In this document: positions 1 through 8,607 of the stretch, one piece after another | Numbering within the stretch: the stretch's first letter is position 1 | Layout of the letters: each line of letters begins with the position of its first letter | Origin: Alphaproteobacteria bacterium | Lineage (GTDB): Bacteria > Pseudomonadota > Alphaproteobacteria > UBA828 | Assembly (NCBI GenBank): GCA_963422645.2 | Contig: CAXXVO010000007.1 | Span: 96,001 to 160,000 of the forward strand | Length of the DNA: 64,000 nt | Reading direction: 5' to 3' | Made by a program: the position numbers and the translations under genes | The notes under the pieces: generated by a model | Databases searched by the model: none | Told to the model about the DNA's origin: nothing | The model's input: the letters and a program-made list of their open reading frames with translations, nothing else

Positions 1-13
1 CGAAGGGCGGCTG

Positions 14-844
14 GTGGAAAAAGGAATGTCGCCTGCCGCCGCATCACGTAGGGCCGTAGGAAATCCATATCTGATATACAATCTCCGCAAGAAGGGGTTT
101 GATCCCAAACTTGGGACGCTCAGGGGACTGTGCAACGCCCTTGATCTTGAACTTTACGTCGGCCCGCCGCGCGCTGATGCAGTCCCTCACGATGCCGGCC
201 CCGGGACACAAGACACGGGCACTGGCGGCCTGCCGCCGGCCTCCCTACGCGATATAGAGACCGGGGCGCAGACCTTGAATCGGGCTATCGCGGACGCCGG
301 CGGCAATCCGATCCCGGATGACCTGTGGCCGGTTTTGATGGAGCGGCGGGGGATTGCGGCGGTCGGGGCACTCGACACCCCTGTCGGCGAGGCGCAGCCG
401 GATTCTACGACAGCGGCGAACGACGATGTGCTCGTGCCTTTTGCCCGTGACGTGCGCGCGGCGGCGGGCTCGGGCGAGATGGTGTTCGAGGAGGAGGCCG
501 ATCTTCACATCGCGATCCCGCGCTCGCTCCTGCCGCCCTGGATTCGCCCGTCCGGCCTGATCGGCCTTCGGGCTGCGGGGGATTCGATGGAGCCGACCCT
601 GAACGACGGGGATGTGATCCTTCTGGATCGGAGAGGCGCGGAGCCTATCGACGGGCAGGTGTTCGTGATCCACACCGATGACGGTCTGGTAGTGAAACGC
701 CTGCGCGAGGAAGATGAGGGGTGGGAGATGACCAGCGACAATCCTGTCTATCCGTCGCGGCGCTCGAGAGAGTCGGATCGTGTGGTGGGCCGGGTGGCAT
801 GGTCGGGGCCGCTGCGGACGACCGAGGCGCACGGCGGCCGATGA
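14..844 (+). CDS. Phage CI-like repressor with S24 peptidase domain (start may lie upstream of the window)
   Basis: HTH-like N-terminus, AAGSG cleavage-type motif, GDSMEPTL (catalytic Ser) and VKRL (catalytic Lys), C-terminal VVGRVAW. Confidence 0.85.
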   Translation: MEKGMSPAAASRRAVGNPYLIYNLRKKGFDPKLGTLRGLCNALDLELYVGPPRADAVPHDAGPGTQDTGTGGLPPASLRDIETGAQTLNRAIADAGGNPIPDDLWPVLMERRGIAAVGALDTPVGEAQPDSTTAANDDVLVPFARDVRAAAGSGEMVFEEEADLHIAIPRSLLPPWIRPSGLIGLRAAGDSMEPTLNDGDVILLDRRGAEPIDGQVFVIHTDDGLVVKRLREEDEGWEMTSDNPVYPSRRSRESDRVVGRVAWSGPLRTTEAHGGR

Positions 845-1083
845 CCCGCGAGACCCGGCATGTCGTGCAGCCGTACAGGGCGGTCAGGCGCCGCCTGGTT
901 CCGGCGGATCCGTTGCCGGTGCGGAACGCCCCGGTGGCGCGGGCGCGGGCGGAGAAGCTGTTTGCGACGGGCCGTTACGCCGGGGTGGACGCCTATACGG
1001 TCACAGCCGACGAGGATGCGGGCGAGTACGCCGAGCCGGTGTTCCATGTGCGGCTCGGCCGGGTGCCGGAGGTCGAGGAGTGA
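841..1083 (+). CDS. Small hypothetical prophage protein (80 aa)
   Basis: ATG at 841 overlaps the repressor stop (ATGA); its stop overlaps the next GTG; GC3-rich codons. Confidence 0.6.
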   Translation: MTRETRHVVQPYRAVRRRLVPADPLPVRNAPVARARAEKLFATGRYAGVDAYTVTADEDAGEYAEPVFHVRLGRVPEVEE

Positions 1084-1508
1084 TTGGACGCGTCGCGATC
1101 GTCGCGGGCGCTGCCGTACTGCTTGCCGCCCCGGCCCATGCCGGGGATTACGCCTGGCCTGTGGTGCGCGTGATCGACGGTGACACGGTGGCGGTCGACG
1201 CCTCCGCAGACCTACCGCCCGAATTGGCAGACTTGAGGGTGAGGCTGCGCGATGTAGACACGCCGGAGAGGGGCGGTCGTGCGAAGTGCGAAGAGGAGCG
1301 TGCGGCGGGTCTGGCGGCGACGGCGTTCACGGCGGGAGCGGTTGCCGAGGCATCGAGCGTCATCGTGCGCGATCCTGAGTGGGGCAAGTGGGGCGGGCGT
1401 GTGGTCGCCGATCTGATGGTGGACGGGCGCTCGCTGTCGGCGGCGCTGATCGCGGCTGGGCATGGGCGGGTCTATGACGGCGGGAAGCGGCGGGGGTGGT
1501 GCGAATGA
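1080..1508 (+). CDS. Thermonuclease (SNase-like) with signal peptide
   Basis: Hydrophobic signal ending in AHA, then VRVIDGDTV, VRLRDVDTPE and GKWGGRVVADL, typical of the staphylococcal nuclease family. Confidence 0.8.
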   Translation: MIGRVAIVAGAAVLLAAPAHAGDYAWPVVRVIDGDTVAVDASADLPPELADLRVRLRDVDTPERGGRAKCEEERAAGLAATAFTAGAVAEASSVIVRDPEWGKWGGRVVADLMVDGRSLSAALIAAGHGRVYDGGKRRGWCE

Positions 1509-1726
1509 GCGATGAATCCCACAACAAGGTTGAGCACCTGAAAATGATTCAGGACGTCACTGCCCGCTTGGCGGGAAACAGCGTCCAAATGAAGACTTGG
1601 GCCGTCGCGTTGGTCACTTCAGTTTTCGTCTTCTCAGGTCTGTCCCAGGATCCCCACTGGTTGATCGCCGTCGGCGGGGGCGTTGCGGTCGTTACATTCT
1701 GGCTGTTAGACGCCAGATATCTGTAT

Positions 1727-2777
1727 ACCGCTTATGCACATGGCTCCGGTCGCGAGAGTTTGCCACCAGATGTTGAGGTTGAGGTTAGGGCGGGAGAACG
1801 GGTAGAATGTTGCCTATACGTTCCTGCCGACGGAGCCACCACATGAAACAGGTCGCCGACAGCCTCCTCGCCTTCCAGCACATGTTCCCGGACGATGACG
1901 CCTGCGCCGCCTGGCTGATCGAAATGCGCTGGCCGGACGGCTTCGTCTGTCCCGCGTGCGGCCATGAAAAGGGATGGGCGCTGCGCAGAAAAGCACACAC
2001 CTTCGAGTGCGCCGGCTGCCGCCGGCAGACCTCGGTGACGGCCGGGACGATCCTGCACGCCAGCAAGCTGCCGCTCACCGTCTGGTTCTGGGCCGCCTAC
2101 CTGATGGCGACCCACTCCAACGGCATCTCTGCCCTGCAGCTCCAGAAACAGCTCGGTATCGGCTCTTACCGCAGCGCTTGGCTGCTCGCCCACAAGCTGC
2201 GCGCCAGCATGGTCGACCCCGAGCGCAACCCGTTGTCGGGCCTGGTGGAAATCGACGAGGCCAGCCTTCCATTCCGGACCAAAGACGATCCTCCCACCGG
2301 AGGGCAAGGACGCAGCCACGACGGCAAGATGCTCATCGTCGGCGCCATCGAACTGGGGGATGGAACCATCCCGGGCCGCCTGCGGCTGGCCGAAATCTCC
2401 TCCTACGGCGCCGCCGACCTCGGACACTTCGTCGAAACCGCCGCCGATCCCGACGCCATCGCGAAAACCGACGGCTGGTCCGGCTACGCTGCGGTCCCCG
2501 CCGATCGCCACAATGTCCATGTCGTCGGGAAGACCGCCGCTCACCTCGTCCTGCCGTGGATCCACCAAGTCTTCTCCAACCTCAAAGGATGGGCGCGAGG
2601 CGTCTACCACGGGCTGCGCCGCAAGCATCTGCAGGCCTATCTCGATGAGTTCGCCTTTCGCTTCAACCGCCGCAAAACCCGCCACGCTGCTTTCCGCTCG
2701 CTCTTCCGCATCGCCACCAATGCAAAACCCCTTACCTACAGCATGTTGATCGAACCGGAGCCATGTGCATAAGCGGT
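1727..2777 (+). mobile_element. IS1595-family insertion sequence, copy 1 (1051 bp)
   Basis: Terminal IRs ACCGCTTATGCACATGGCTCCGGT / ACCGGAGCCATGTGCATAAGCGGT; 8-bp TSD ATCTGTAT at 1719-1726 and 2778-2785. Confidence 0.95.
1807..2772 (+). CDS. IS1595 (ISXO2-like) DDE transposase; likely start at ATG 1843
   Basis: Zn ribbon CPAC...CAGC, VEIDE, TDGW, YLDEFAFRFNRR. Confidence 0.95.
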   Translation: MLPIRSCRRSHHMKQVADSLLAFQHMFPDDDACAAWLIEMRWPDGFVCPACGHEKGWALRRKAHTFECAGCRRQTSVTAGTILHASKLPLTVWFWAAYLMATHSNGISALQLQKQLGIGSYRSAWLLAHKLRASMVDPERNPLSGLVEIDEASLPFRTKDDPPTGGQGRSHDGKMLIVGAIELGDGTIPGRLRLAEISSYGAADLGHFVETAADPDAIAKTDGWSGYAAVPADRHNVHVVGKTAAHLVLPWIHQVFSNLKGWARGVYHGLRRKHLQAYLDEFAFRFNRRKTRHAAFRSLFRIATNAKPLTYSMLIEPEPCA

Positions 2778-2990
2778 ATCTGTATATCGAAAGATGCTAC
2801 AGGGCACTCTACCGTGATGTCGCTGCCGGAAAATCCACCAAGCTTTTCGACATGGGCTATAGCTCTTATGCCAACTCTGTCGATTCCATATGGAGAATCA
2901 TAAGATCTTGGTCAGTCTGTTTGTTCTACGGACCTCTTTTGGCTGTACTGGGTGCTCTCTTTTTCGTCATTGTCAAAACAGGAGGATGTC

Positions 2991-3525
2991 ATGACACGTA
3001 GGGTCTTCTATAGCTTTCATTACAGTGCTGATGCTTGGCGCACTGCGCAGGTGAGGAACATCGGCGCAATCGAAGGCGATCAGCAATCATACGACAACGG
3101 GTGGGAGAAGACTAGGAGAAATAGCAGAGATCAAACGCTGGATCGCAGGCCAGATGAAAAGACGAACCTGTACGATTGTTCTTGTCGGTTCTTGTACGGC
3201 AGACCGGAAATGGATCAACTACGAAATCGTGAAATCCTGGGATGATGAAATGGGAGTTGCCGGGATACACATCCATGGCCTGAAGGATCAATATGGTCAG
3301 ACCTCTGCCAAGGGGAGTAACCCGTTTGATCGCATCCCGCTTCAAGACTTTGGAGAAGAGTTTTCAACCGCTGTGAAATGCTACGATCCGCAAGGTGGAA
3401 CCAGTGAAGAAAGATATCGTTGGATCGAGTGCAACCTTGAATCGGTCATCGAGAAGGCAATTGAAATCAGGAAAGAATATTGTCGGACCGACCACCTTGT
3501 TGATTCGATCGTCAATCAGGAATAG
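2991..3525 (+). pseudogene. TIR-domain protein (MTH538/DUF1863, ThsB-like), frameshifted near 3113
   Basis: GGAGG RBS. MTRRVFYSFHY..DAWR..QVRNIG continues in another frame as EIKRWIAGQMKRRTCTIVLVG...RKWINYEI...GIHIHGLKD...SNPF. Confidence 0.85.
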
Positions 3526-3608
3526 ACATTAACTTGCGCGAGAAAGCGGTGCCGATGTGGAACGACCTCCGGGGGTGAACTAGTCTCACAGACGGAGGAG
3601 TGCTTTCG

Positions 3609-4442
3609 TCAATTCGAGATCAGCAGCTCTCCGGCTCTCCGCGTGGCCTTTGCGTTGGCGGAGTATCGGGTTTCCACGGCTTCGATCCGGAAGCCCCTGA
3701 ACGTCTCCCGCGTCTCGGGCGTGTCATTCAACGACAGGATGAACCGCCCTTTCAGCCTGGCGAGCATCGCGGCCATGCGCCCAAAATCCTCCCGTGAGAA
3801 CAGTCCCTTGCCGTAGTCGTTTTCGTGCCCGAGGTATGGCGGATCGATGTAGAACAGCACGAACTCCCGGTCGTATCGCTCGAGGAACACGGCCCAGTCG
3901 AGGCGGTCGATATGGACGTGTGCGAGGCGCCTGTGGGCGGCCTCGATCAGCCTGCGCATGCGGGCCGACGAGAACCTTGCCCTGTGGTGGGGCGTGACCA
4001 TGCCGGTCTGTCCGGGGGTGGCGTCGGTTGCGGGTTTTCCGCCGAAGGCGTTGGTCTGGAGGTATGCGAACCTGGCGGCCCTCTGGATGTCGGTGAGGGT
4101 ATCGGGGTTGACGGCGCAGAGGCGTCGGAACTCGGCTCTTGAGGATGAGGCCCAGTCGAACTGCCGGGCCAACTCCTGCGGATGTTCCCTCACCATCCTG
4201 AAGAGGTTGACGACGTCTCCGTTGATGTCGTTGACGATCTCCGCTCTCGGTCGCTGGCACCGTCTGAGGAACACGCCGCCCATGCCGAGGAAGGGTTCGG
4301 CGTAGCATTTGTGCGGGATCGCCTCGATGCGCTCGATGATGCGGGCGGCGAGGTATTTCTTGCCGCCGAACCAGGGCGCGAGCGGCGTTGCGGGCTCGAC
4401 GGCCTCGAGGGCTTCCGGTGCGCGGCCCGAACGACTCGACAC
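3609..4442 (-). CDS. D12-class N6-adenine DNA methyltransferase (Dam-like), phage-encoded
   Basis: WFGGKKYL, EPFLGMGGV (SAM motif), NDING, DPPY catalytic motif, ELLISN end. Confidence 0.92.
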   Translation of the reverse strand: MSSRSGRAPEALEAVEPATPLAPWFGGKKYLAARIIERIEAIPHKCYAEPFLGMGGVFLRRCQRPRAEIVNDINGDVVNLFRMVREHPQELARQFDWASSSRAEFRRLCAVNPDTLTDIQRAARFAYLQTNAFGGKPATDATPGQTGMVTPHHRARFSSARMRRLIEAAHRRLAHVHIDRLDWAVFLERYDREFVLFYIDPPYLGHENDYGKGLFSREDFGRMAAMLARLKGRFILSLNDTPETRETFRGFRIEAVETRYSANAKATRRAGELLISN

Positions 4443-4448
4443 GGGGGT

Positions 4449-4570
4449 CGCCTCCCACGATCATGCTCCCGCCCCGTGCGGGGTGGCGGGACGGCCACAG
4501 CTGGGCCGGTTGCGGTCGTGGGAGGCGTTATCTCCCGGTTCGGGATGTTGTGAGCATCCCGTCCCCCGCC
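4449..4570 (-). promoter_or_regulatory. Structured 5' leader sequestering the methylase Shine-Dalgarno
   Basis: On the minus-strand mRNA, CGCCTCCCACGA (4527-4516) is perfectly complementary to TCGTGGGAGGCG (4460-4449), which contains GGAGG. Further hairpins lie inside and upstream. Confidence 0.55.
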
Positions 4571-4681
4571 CCGGCCCCCCGGATACCCGGAACAAGTCCG
4601 GGGGCAGGCTCTTCCGGACGGCCTTCGGGCCGTCCGGGGCGTGGGTTCGAGACGGATTCCAGCACATTTTGCGGCTTTCGT

Positions 4682-4703
4682 TCAGGGGACCATGGTCCCC
4701 TGA
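4682..4703. promoter_or_regulatory. Perfect 22-bp palindrome upstream of the head operon (candidate activator/operator site)
   Basis: TCAGGGGACCATGGTCCCCTGA ends 34 bp before ATG 4738. Confidence 0.45.
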
Positions 4704-4737
4704 CGCGGTTTCCGATTGTGTGCCTATATTCGGCCCC

Positions 4738-5967
4738 ATGAGCGCATTGGACGGCTGGATCGACGTTTGCCGGACGGGGACCTGGACCGACCTGTCGGGG
4801 CGGGAGGTCCTGCTTGGCGAGGACGATCTCGAGCGTGTCGCTGCGGCCTACGGTTCTGCGGACCCTGCGCCCGTTGTTGTGGGCCATCCGGAGACGGACG
4901 CGCCGGCCTGGGGCTGGGTTGACGGCCTGCGGCAGGTGGGCGACCGGCTTCAGGCGAAGCTGCGCGATATCGCGCCGGCGTTCCGGGAGGCTGTCGAGGA
5001 GGGGCGCTACGCCATGCGCTCGGTCGCTCTCAACGGCGACACGCTGGTTCACCTCGGCTTTCTGGGTGGTCGGGCGCCTGCGGTCGACGGCCTTGCGCCG
5101 ACGCGGTTCTCGGGTTCTGCGGACCGGACGATCCTTCTGGCGGCGTCGGACCTGGCGGACTCGGAGCGCTGGGCGTGGGGGGCGGTACGGCGGACGCTCA
5201 GGCGCCTGCGCGACTGGGTAATCGAGCGCGACGGCGTGGAGAAGGCCGATGCGCTGATCCCGGAATGGGATATCGAGGCGATCGGCGAGCACATGGATGC
5301 GTCCGATACGCCGGCGACGCTCGCCGGCAATGCGGGCGCGGCGGCGGCCCGCGAGGCCGTCAGGCGGATGTCCGATACCGTCAACCGGATGTTGGATACC
5401 TACGGCGACACCGGCGGCGGCGCGGACTCTCACGACACCGGCACCATCGACGACGACACGGAGGAGGGCGCGATGCCCGACGAGGACAAGGAGGCCAGGC
5501 TGGCCGCGGAGCGTGAAGAGCTGGCTGCCGCCCGCGCGGCGCTTGCGGCGGAGAGGGCGGCGCACGAGTCGGCGGTCGCTGCGGCGGAGCGCCTTGCGGC
5601 GGCGGATGAGGAGATCGAGGGCCATGTGAAGGCGGGGCGTGTGCTTCCGGCGGAGGGGCCGCGGCTGTCGGCCCTTCTGGCGTCGCTGCCGGACGACGAC
5701 GCCGGCGAGACGCGGCTGGCGTTCGCGGCGCCCGGCGCGGGCGAGGTCCGGGAGACCCCGCGAGCGGCGCTGGCCGGGTTCCTGGGCGGTCTGCCGAAGC
5801 GTGTGGACTACACCGAGCGTGCGCCGGACGGGGACGCTGCGGCGGAGGAGGCGCGCGATCCGCACGCGCTTGCGTCCCGGGCTCGGGCGCTGATGGCGGC
5901 GGATGCGACGGGGAGCATGACCATCGCCCAGGCGGTGCGCCGGGCGGCGGCGGAGAACGCGGGATGA
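4738..5967 (+). CDS. Mu-like prohead protease/scaffold (gpI-like)
   Basis: WIDVCRTGTWTD, APVVVGHP..DAPAWGWV, HLGFLGGRAPAVDGL; Ala/Glu-rich scaffold C-terminus; lies directly before the capsid genes. Confidence 0.85.
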   Translation: MSALDGWIDVCRTGTWTDLSGREVLLGEDDLERVAAAYGSADPAPVVVGHPETDAPAWGWVDGLRQVGDRLQAKLRDIAPAFREAVEEGRYAMRSVALNGDTLVHLGFLGGRAPAVDGLAPTRFSGSADRTILLAASDLADSERWAWGAVRRTLRRLRDWVIERDGVEKADALIPEWDIEAIGEHMDASDTPATLAGNAGAAAAREAVRRMSDTVNRMLDTYGDTGGGADSHDTGTIDDDTEEGAMPDEDKEARLAAEREELAAARAALAAERAAHESAVAAAERLAAADEEIEGHVKAGRVLPAEGPRLSALLASLPDDDAGETRLAFAAPGAGEVRETPRAALAGFLGGLPKRVDYTERAPDGDAAAEEARDPHALASRARALMAADATGSMTIAQAVRRAAAENAG

Positions 5968-6542
5968 ACGAATATCTTCTGACGAAGAACTTCGCTGCGG
6001 CTGGCGCGATCGGCGCCCACCGTATCGTCGCCGTCGGCGCGGCGGCCGGGACGGCCGCCCGGGCGGGGGCGGAGAACGCTCCGCTGCTCGGGATCGCCGA
6101 CGAGCTCGGTGCGAAGGGCGGCGCCCGGGTGGACGTGCATCTGGCCGGCATCGCGCCGGTCGAGGCGTCCGGGGCCTTCGACAGCGGCGCGTCGCTCGCT
6201 GCCGATGCCGACGGCAAGGCGGTCGCGGCCGCGCCCGCGAGCTACAGCGCCGTCGTCGACGGCGCCGCCGCCAACGGCGACATCGCAGTGGCGGGCCTGC
6301 TCAAGGCGACCGACAGGCTGACGGCGGTCATCGAGCTGGCCTCGGACGGGGCGGCGGTGGTGCCGCGCACCGCCGCCAGCAGCGTCCACGGCGACGGCGT
6401 GATCCGCTGCACTCAAGGCACCGCCAACAAGAAGCTGCTGGTGCTGTGGGATCGCCGGATACAGGCGGTCGGGCGCGCGCTCGGGGCCGCTGCGGCCGAC
6501 GGCGACATCGTCCCGGTGCTGATCGCGCCGGCGACGCTCTAG
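5964..6542 (+). CDS. Capsid cement/decoration protein (DUF2190-like) with internal insertion
   Basis: Position between protease and capsid; KNF.AAGAIGAHRIV, LLGIAD, DADGKAV, GRAL.AAAADGDIVPVLI. Confidence 0.7.
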   Translation: MNEYLLTKNFAAAGAIGAHRIVAVGAAAGTAARAGAENAPLLGIADELGAKGGARVDVHLAGIAPVEASGAFDSGASLAADADGKAVAAAPASYSAVVDGAAANGDIAVAGLLKATDRLTAVIELASDGAAVVPRTAASSVHGDGVIRCTQGTANKKLLVLWDRRIQAVGRALGAAAADGDIVPVLIAPATL

Positions 6543-6557
6543 GGGAGGGATCGAGCC

Positions 6558-7502
6558 ATGCCTGACAACATTCTCTCGACCTACCCGGTCGATTACGAGC
6601 GGACGGCGATCGCCGTCGGCTATTCCAACCCGGCCTATATCGCCGACGAGGTTCTGCCGCGTGTGACGGTGGGCCGCAAGGAGTACCGCTACACCGAGTA
6701 TCCGATCGGCGAGAGCTTCACGGTTCCGGACACGCGGATCGGGCGGCGGAGCGCGCCGACGATGGTTCACTTCACGGCGAGCGAGAAGCCGGGGGCGTGC
6801 GAGGACTACGGCCTCGAGGACGCGATCCCGGACGACGACGTGCGGAACGCGCCGCCGGGTGCGGCGAACCCGGTCGACCGCTCGACCATGCGGCTCACGG
6901 ACCTCTTGATGATCGCCCGTGAGAAGCGCGCCGCGGACCTGGTGTTCGACAAGGCGAAGTACCCGGACAGCAACAGGACGACGCTGGCGGGCAACGACCG
7001 GTGGAGCGCGGACCACGCCGACAGCGACTCGATCGACGACATCGTGGGCGCGATGGAGGGGATGGTGGTTCCGCCGACGCATCTTCTGCTGGGCAGCGCG
7101 GTGTGGCAGAAGCTGCGGACCCACAAGGTCGTCCTGAAGGCGCTGAACCGGAGCGAGGGGGACCGGGGGATTGCGAGCCGCCAGGCTGTGGCGGACCTGT
7201 TCGACCTCCAGGCGCTCGTCGTGGGCCAGACCTGGATCAACTCGAAGGCGCGCGGGCAGGACGCGGTGCTGGCGCGGGTGTGGGGCAAGTCTGCGCTTCT
7301 GTTCCGGCGCGACCCGAACGCGGATGCGAGCGGACCGCCGACGCTGGGGATCACGGCTTCCTGGCGGGGGCGCGAGGTCCGCTCGGGCTTCGACGCGGCG
7401 ATCGGCGCGCGGGGGGCGCACCGCATCCGGGTGGTGGACAGCGTGGAGGAGCGGATCGTTGCGCCTCTGGCGGGCTATCTGTTCGACGCGGCGGTCGCGT
7501 GA
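6558..7502 (+). CDS. Major capsid protein
   Basis: 314 aa; TAIAVGYSN..YIADEVLPRV and VWGKS motifs seen in Mu-like/capsid E-type proteins; synteny. Confidence 0.8.
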   Translation: MPDNILSTYPVDYERTAIAVGYSNPAYIADEVLPRVTVGRKEYRYTEYPIGESFTVPDTRIGRRSAPTMVHFTASEKPGACEDYGLEDAIPDDDVRNAPPGAANPVDRSTMRLTDLLMIAREKRAADLVFDKAKYPDSNRTTLAGNDRWSADHADSDSIDDIVGAMEGMVVPPTHLLLGSAVWQKLRTHKVVLKALNRSEGDRGIASRQAVADLFDLQALVVGQTWINSKARGQDAVLARVWGKSALLFRRDPNADASGPPTLGITASWRGREVRSGFDAAIGARGAHRIRVVDSVEERIVAPLAGYLFDAAVA

Positions 7503-7918
7503 TGGACTGCATCGGCGACACCCGCGGCTGCGTGACGTGGCGCGTGCTCTCGCCGCTTCAGGTCGGGCGCGTGCGGCACGAGCCGGGGGCGGAGGTCGCG
7601 CTGCCGCTCTCTGCCGGCGAGATCGCCGTGCTGATCGAGCGCGGCATCGTCGCGCCGGCCGCAGATGCCGGCGACGACGCCGGAACCGGGACCGCCACCG
7701 GAACGCCCGCCCCGGCAGGCGGCGCGGGGGAGGGCCGCGAGGCCCGCCTCCTCGCCGCCATCGCCGGTCTGGAAGAGGGCAACCCGGACCACTGGACGCA
7801 GGACGGGCGTCCCGAGGTTCGGGCGCTCAAGGCGGCGACCGGCCTTGCCGATCTCACGGCGGCCGGGCGCGACGCGGCGTGGGCGGCATATCGGGAAGCA
7901 CGGGAGGGAGCGGAATGA
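7502..7918 (+). CDS. Mu-like head accessory protein (HI1506/FluMu-type C-terminus)
   Basis: HWTQDGRPEVRALKAATG..LTAAGRDAAW motif typical of the gene after a Mu-like capsid. Confidence 0.65.
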   Translation: MDCIGDTRGCVTWRVLSPLQVGRVRHEPGAEVALPLSAGEIAVLIERGIVAPAADAGDDAGTGTATGTPAPAGGAGEGREARLLAAIAGLEEGNPDHWTQDGRPEVRALKAATGLADLTAAGRDAAWAAYREAREGAE

Positions 7919-8142
7919 GCAAGGGCGAGCTGCGCGTCGGGATCGGGTTCAACCCGTCGGGCGACGGGACGGTTGCGGCGATCAAGCGGCAGTCGGCGGA
8001 CCTCATTGACCTGATCGAGACCATCGATCCGGCCTCCGACGGGATCGCCGGCGAAGTGGCCCGCCTCAAGGCTCTGGCGCAGACCGATATCGAGAGCGCC
8101 GCCATGTGGGCGGTGAAGGCCGCGACGAAGCGGGCGGCGTGA
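7915..8142 (+). CDS. Small helical-hairpin protein, Acb2/Tad1-like (candidate immune-signal sponge)
   Basis: 75 aa; FNPSG...IKRQSADLIDLIE...RLKALAQTDIESAAMWAVKAAT resembles the Acb2/Tad1 C-terminal helix (recognised by eye). Confidence 0.55.
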   Translation: MSKGELRVGIGFNPSGDGTVAAIKRQSADLIDLIETIDPASDGIAGEVARLKALAQTDIESAAMWAVKAATKRAA

Positions 8143-8570
8143 TCGTGCCCTACGCGACGCCCGAGGATCTGCGGACGCGCTACGGGTCCGGGGAGCTGGA
8201 CCGGCTGCTCGACGAGGGCTGCGACGGCGAGCCCGACAGGGACCGTGTCGAGATGGCGCTTTCGGACGCCTCGGCCGAGATCGACAGCACGCTGGCGCGG
8301 GCCTTCGGCCTGCCGCTGCCGGCGGGCGGCTATCCGGCGCTCACGGCGATCTGTTGCGACCTGGCGCGCCAGCGGCTCTACGACGACGCGCCGACCGAGG
8401 CGGTGTCGAACAAGGCGCGGCGCAGCCGGGCGCTGTTGCAGGCCATTGCCGGGGGCGAGGCGGCGCTGATCGACGCGCAGGGCGGGACCGTCTCCCGCCG
8501 CGGCCCGGCGGCTCCGGCCCATTCCGGGCCTGCGCCGGTCATGACGCCCGAGACCCTGGCGGGGATGTGA
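8139..8570 (+). CDS. Mu gp36-like head-tail adaptor (DUF1320)
   Basis: YAT.EDL..RYG..EL, AL.DASAEIDS, LTAICCDLAR.RLY. Confidence 0.85.
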   Translation: MIVPYATPEDLRTRYGSGELDRLLDEGCDGEPDRDRVEMALSDASAEIDSTLARAFGLPLPAGGYPALTAICCDLARQRLYDDAPTEAVSNKARRSRALLQAIAGGEAALIDAQGGTVSRRGPAAPAHSGPAPVMTPETLAGM

Positions 8571-8607
8571 TGTCTGCCCTCGGGCAGCGCCGCGGCAGGG
8601 CGCGATA

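Larger units (their letters stand above)
1505..3001 (+). pseudogene. Multi-TM membrane protein (probable TIR-associated effector) split by IS1595
   Basis: Removing 1727-2785 (IS plus one TSD) rejoins ...FWLLDARYLY|IERCYRALY... into one frame of about 145 aa with 3 hydrophobic helices. Low GC. Confidence 0.8.

Noticed and set aside
1718-2786. 10-bp TSD for IS1595 copy 1
   Set aside because: Copy 2 fixes the ends as ACCGC.../...GCGGT, giving 8-bp TSDs for both copies; the extra matches are coincidental.
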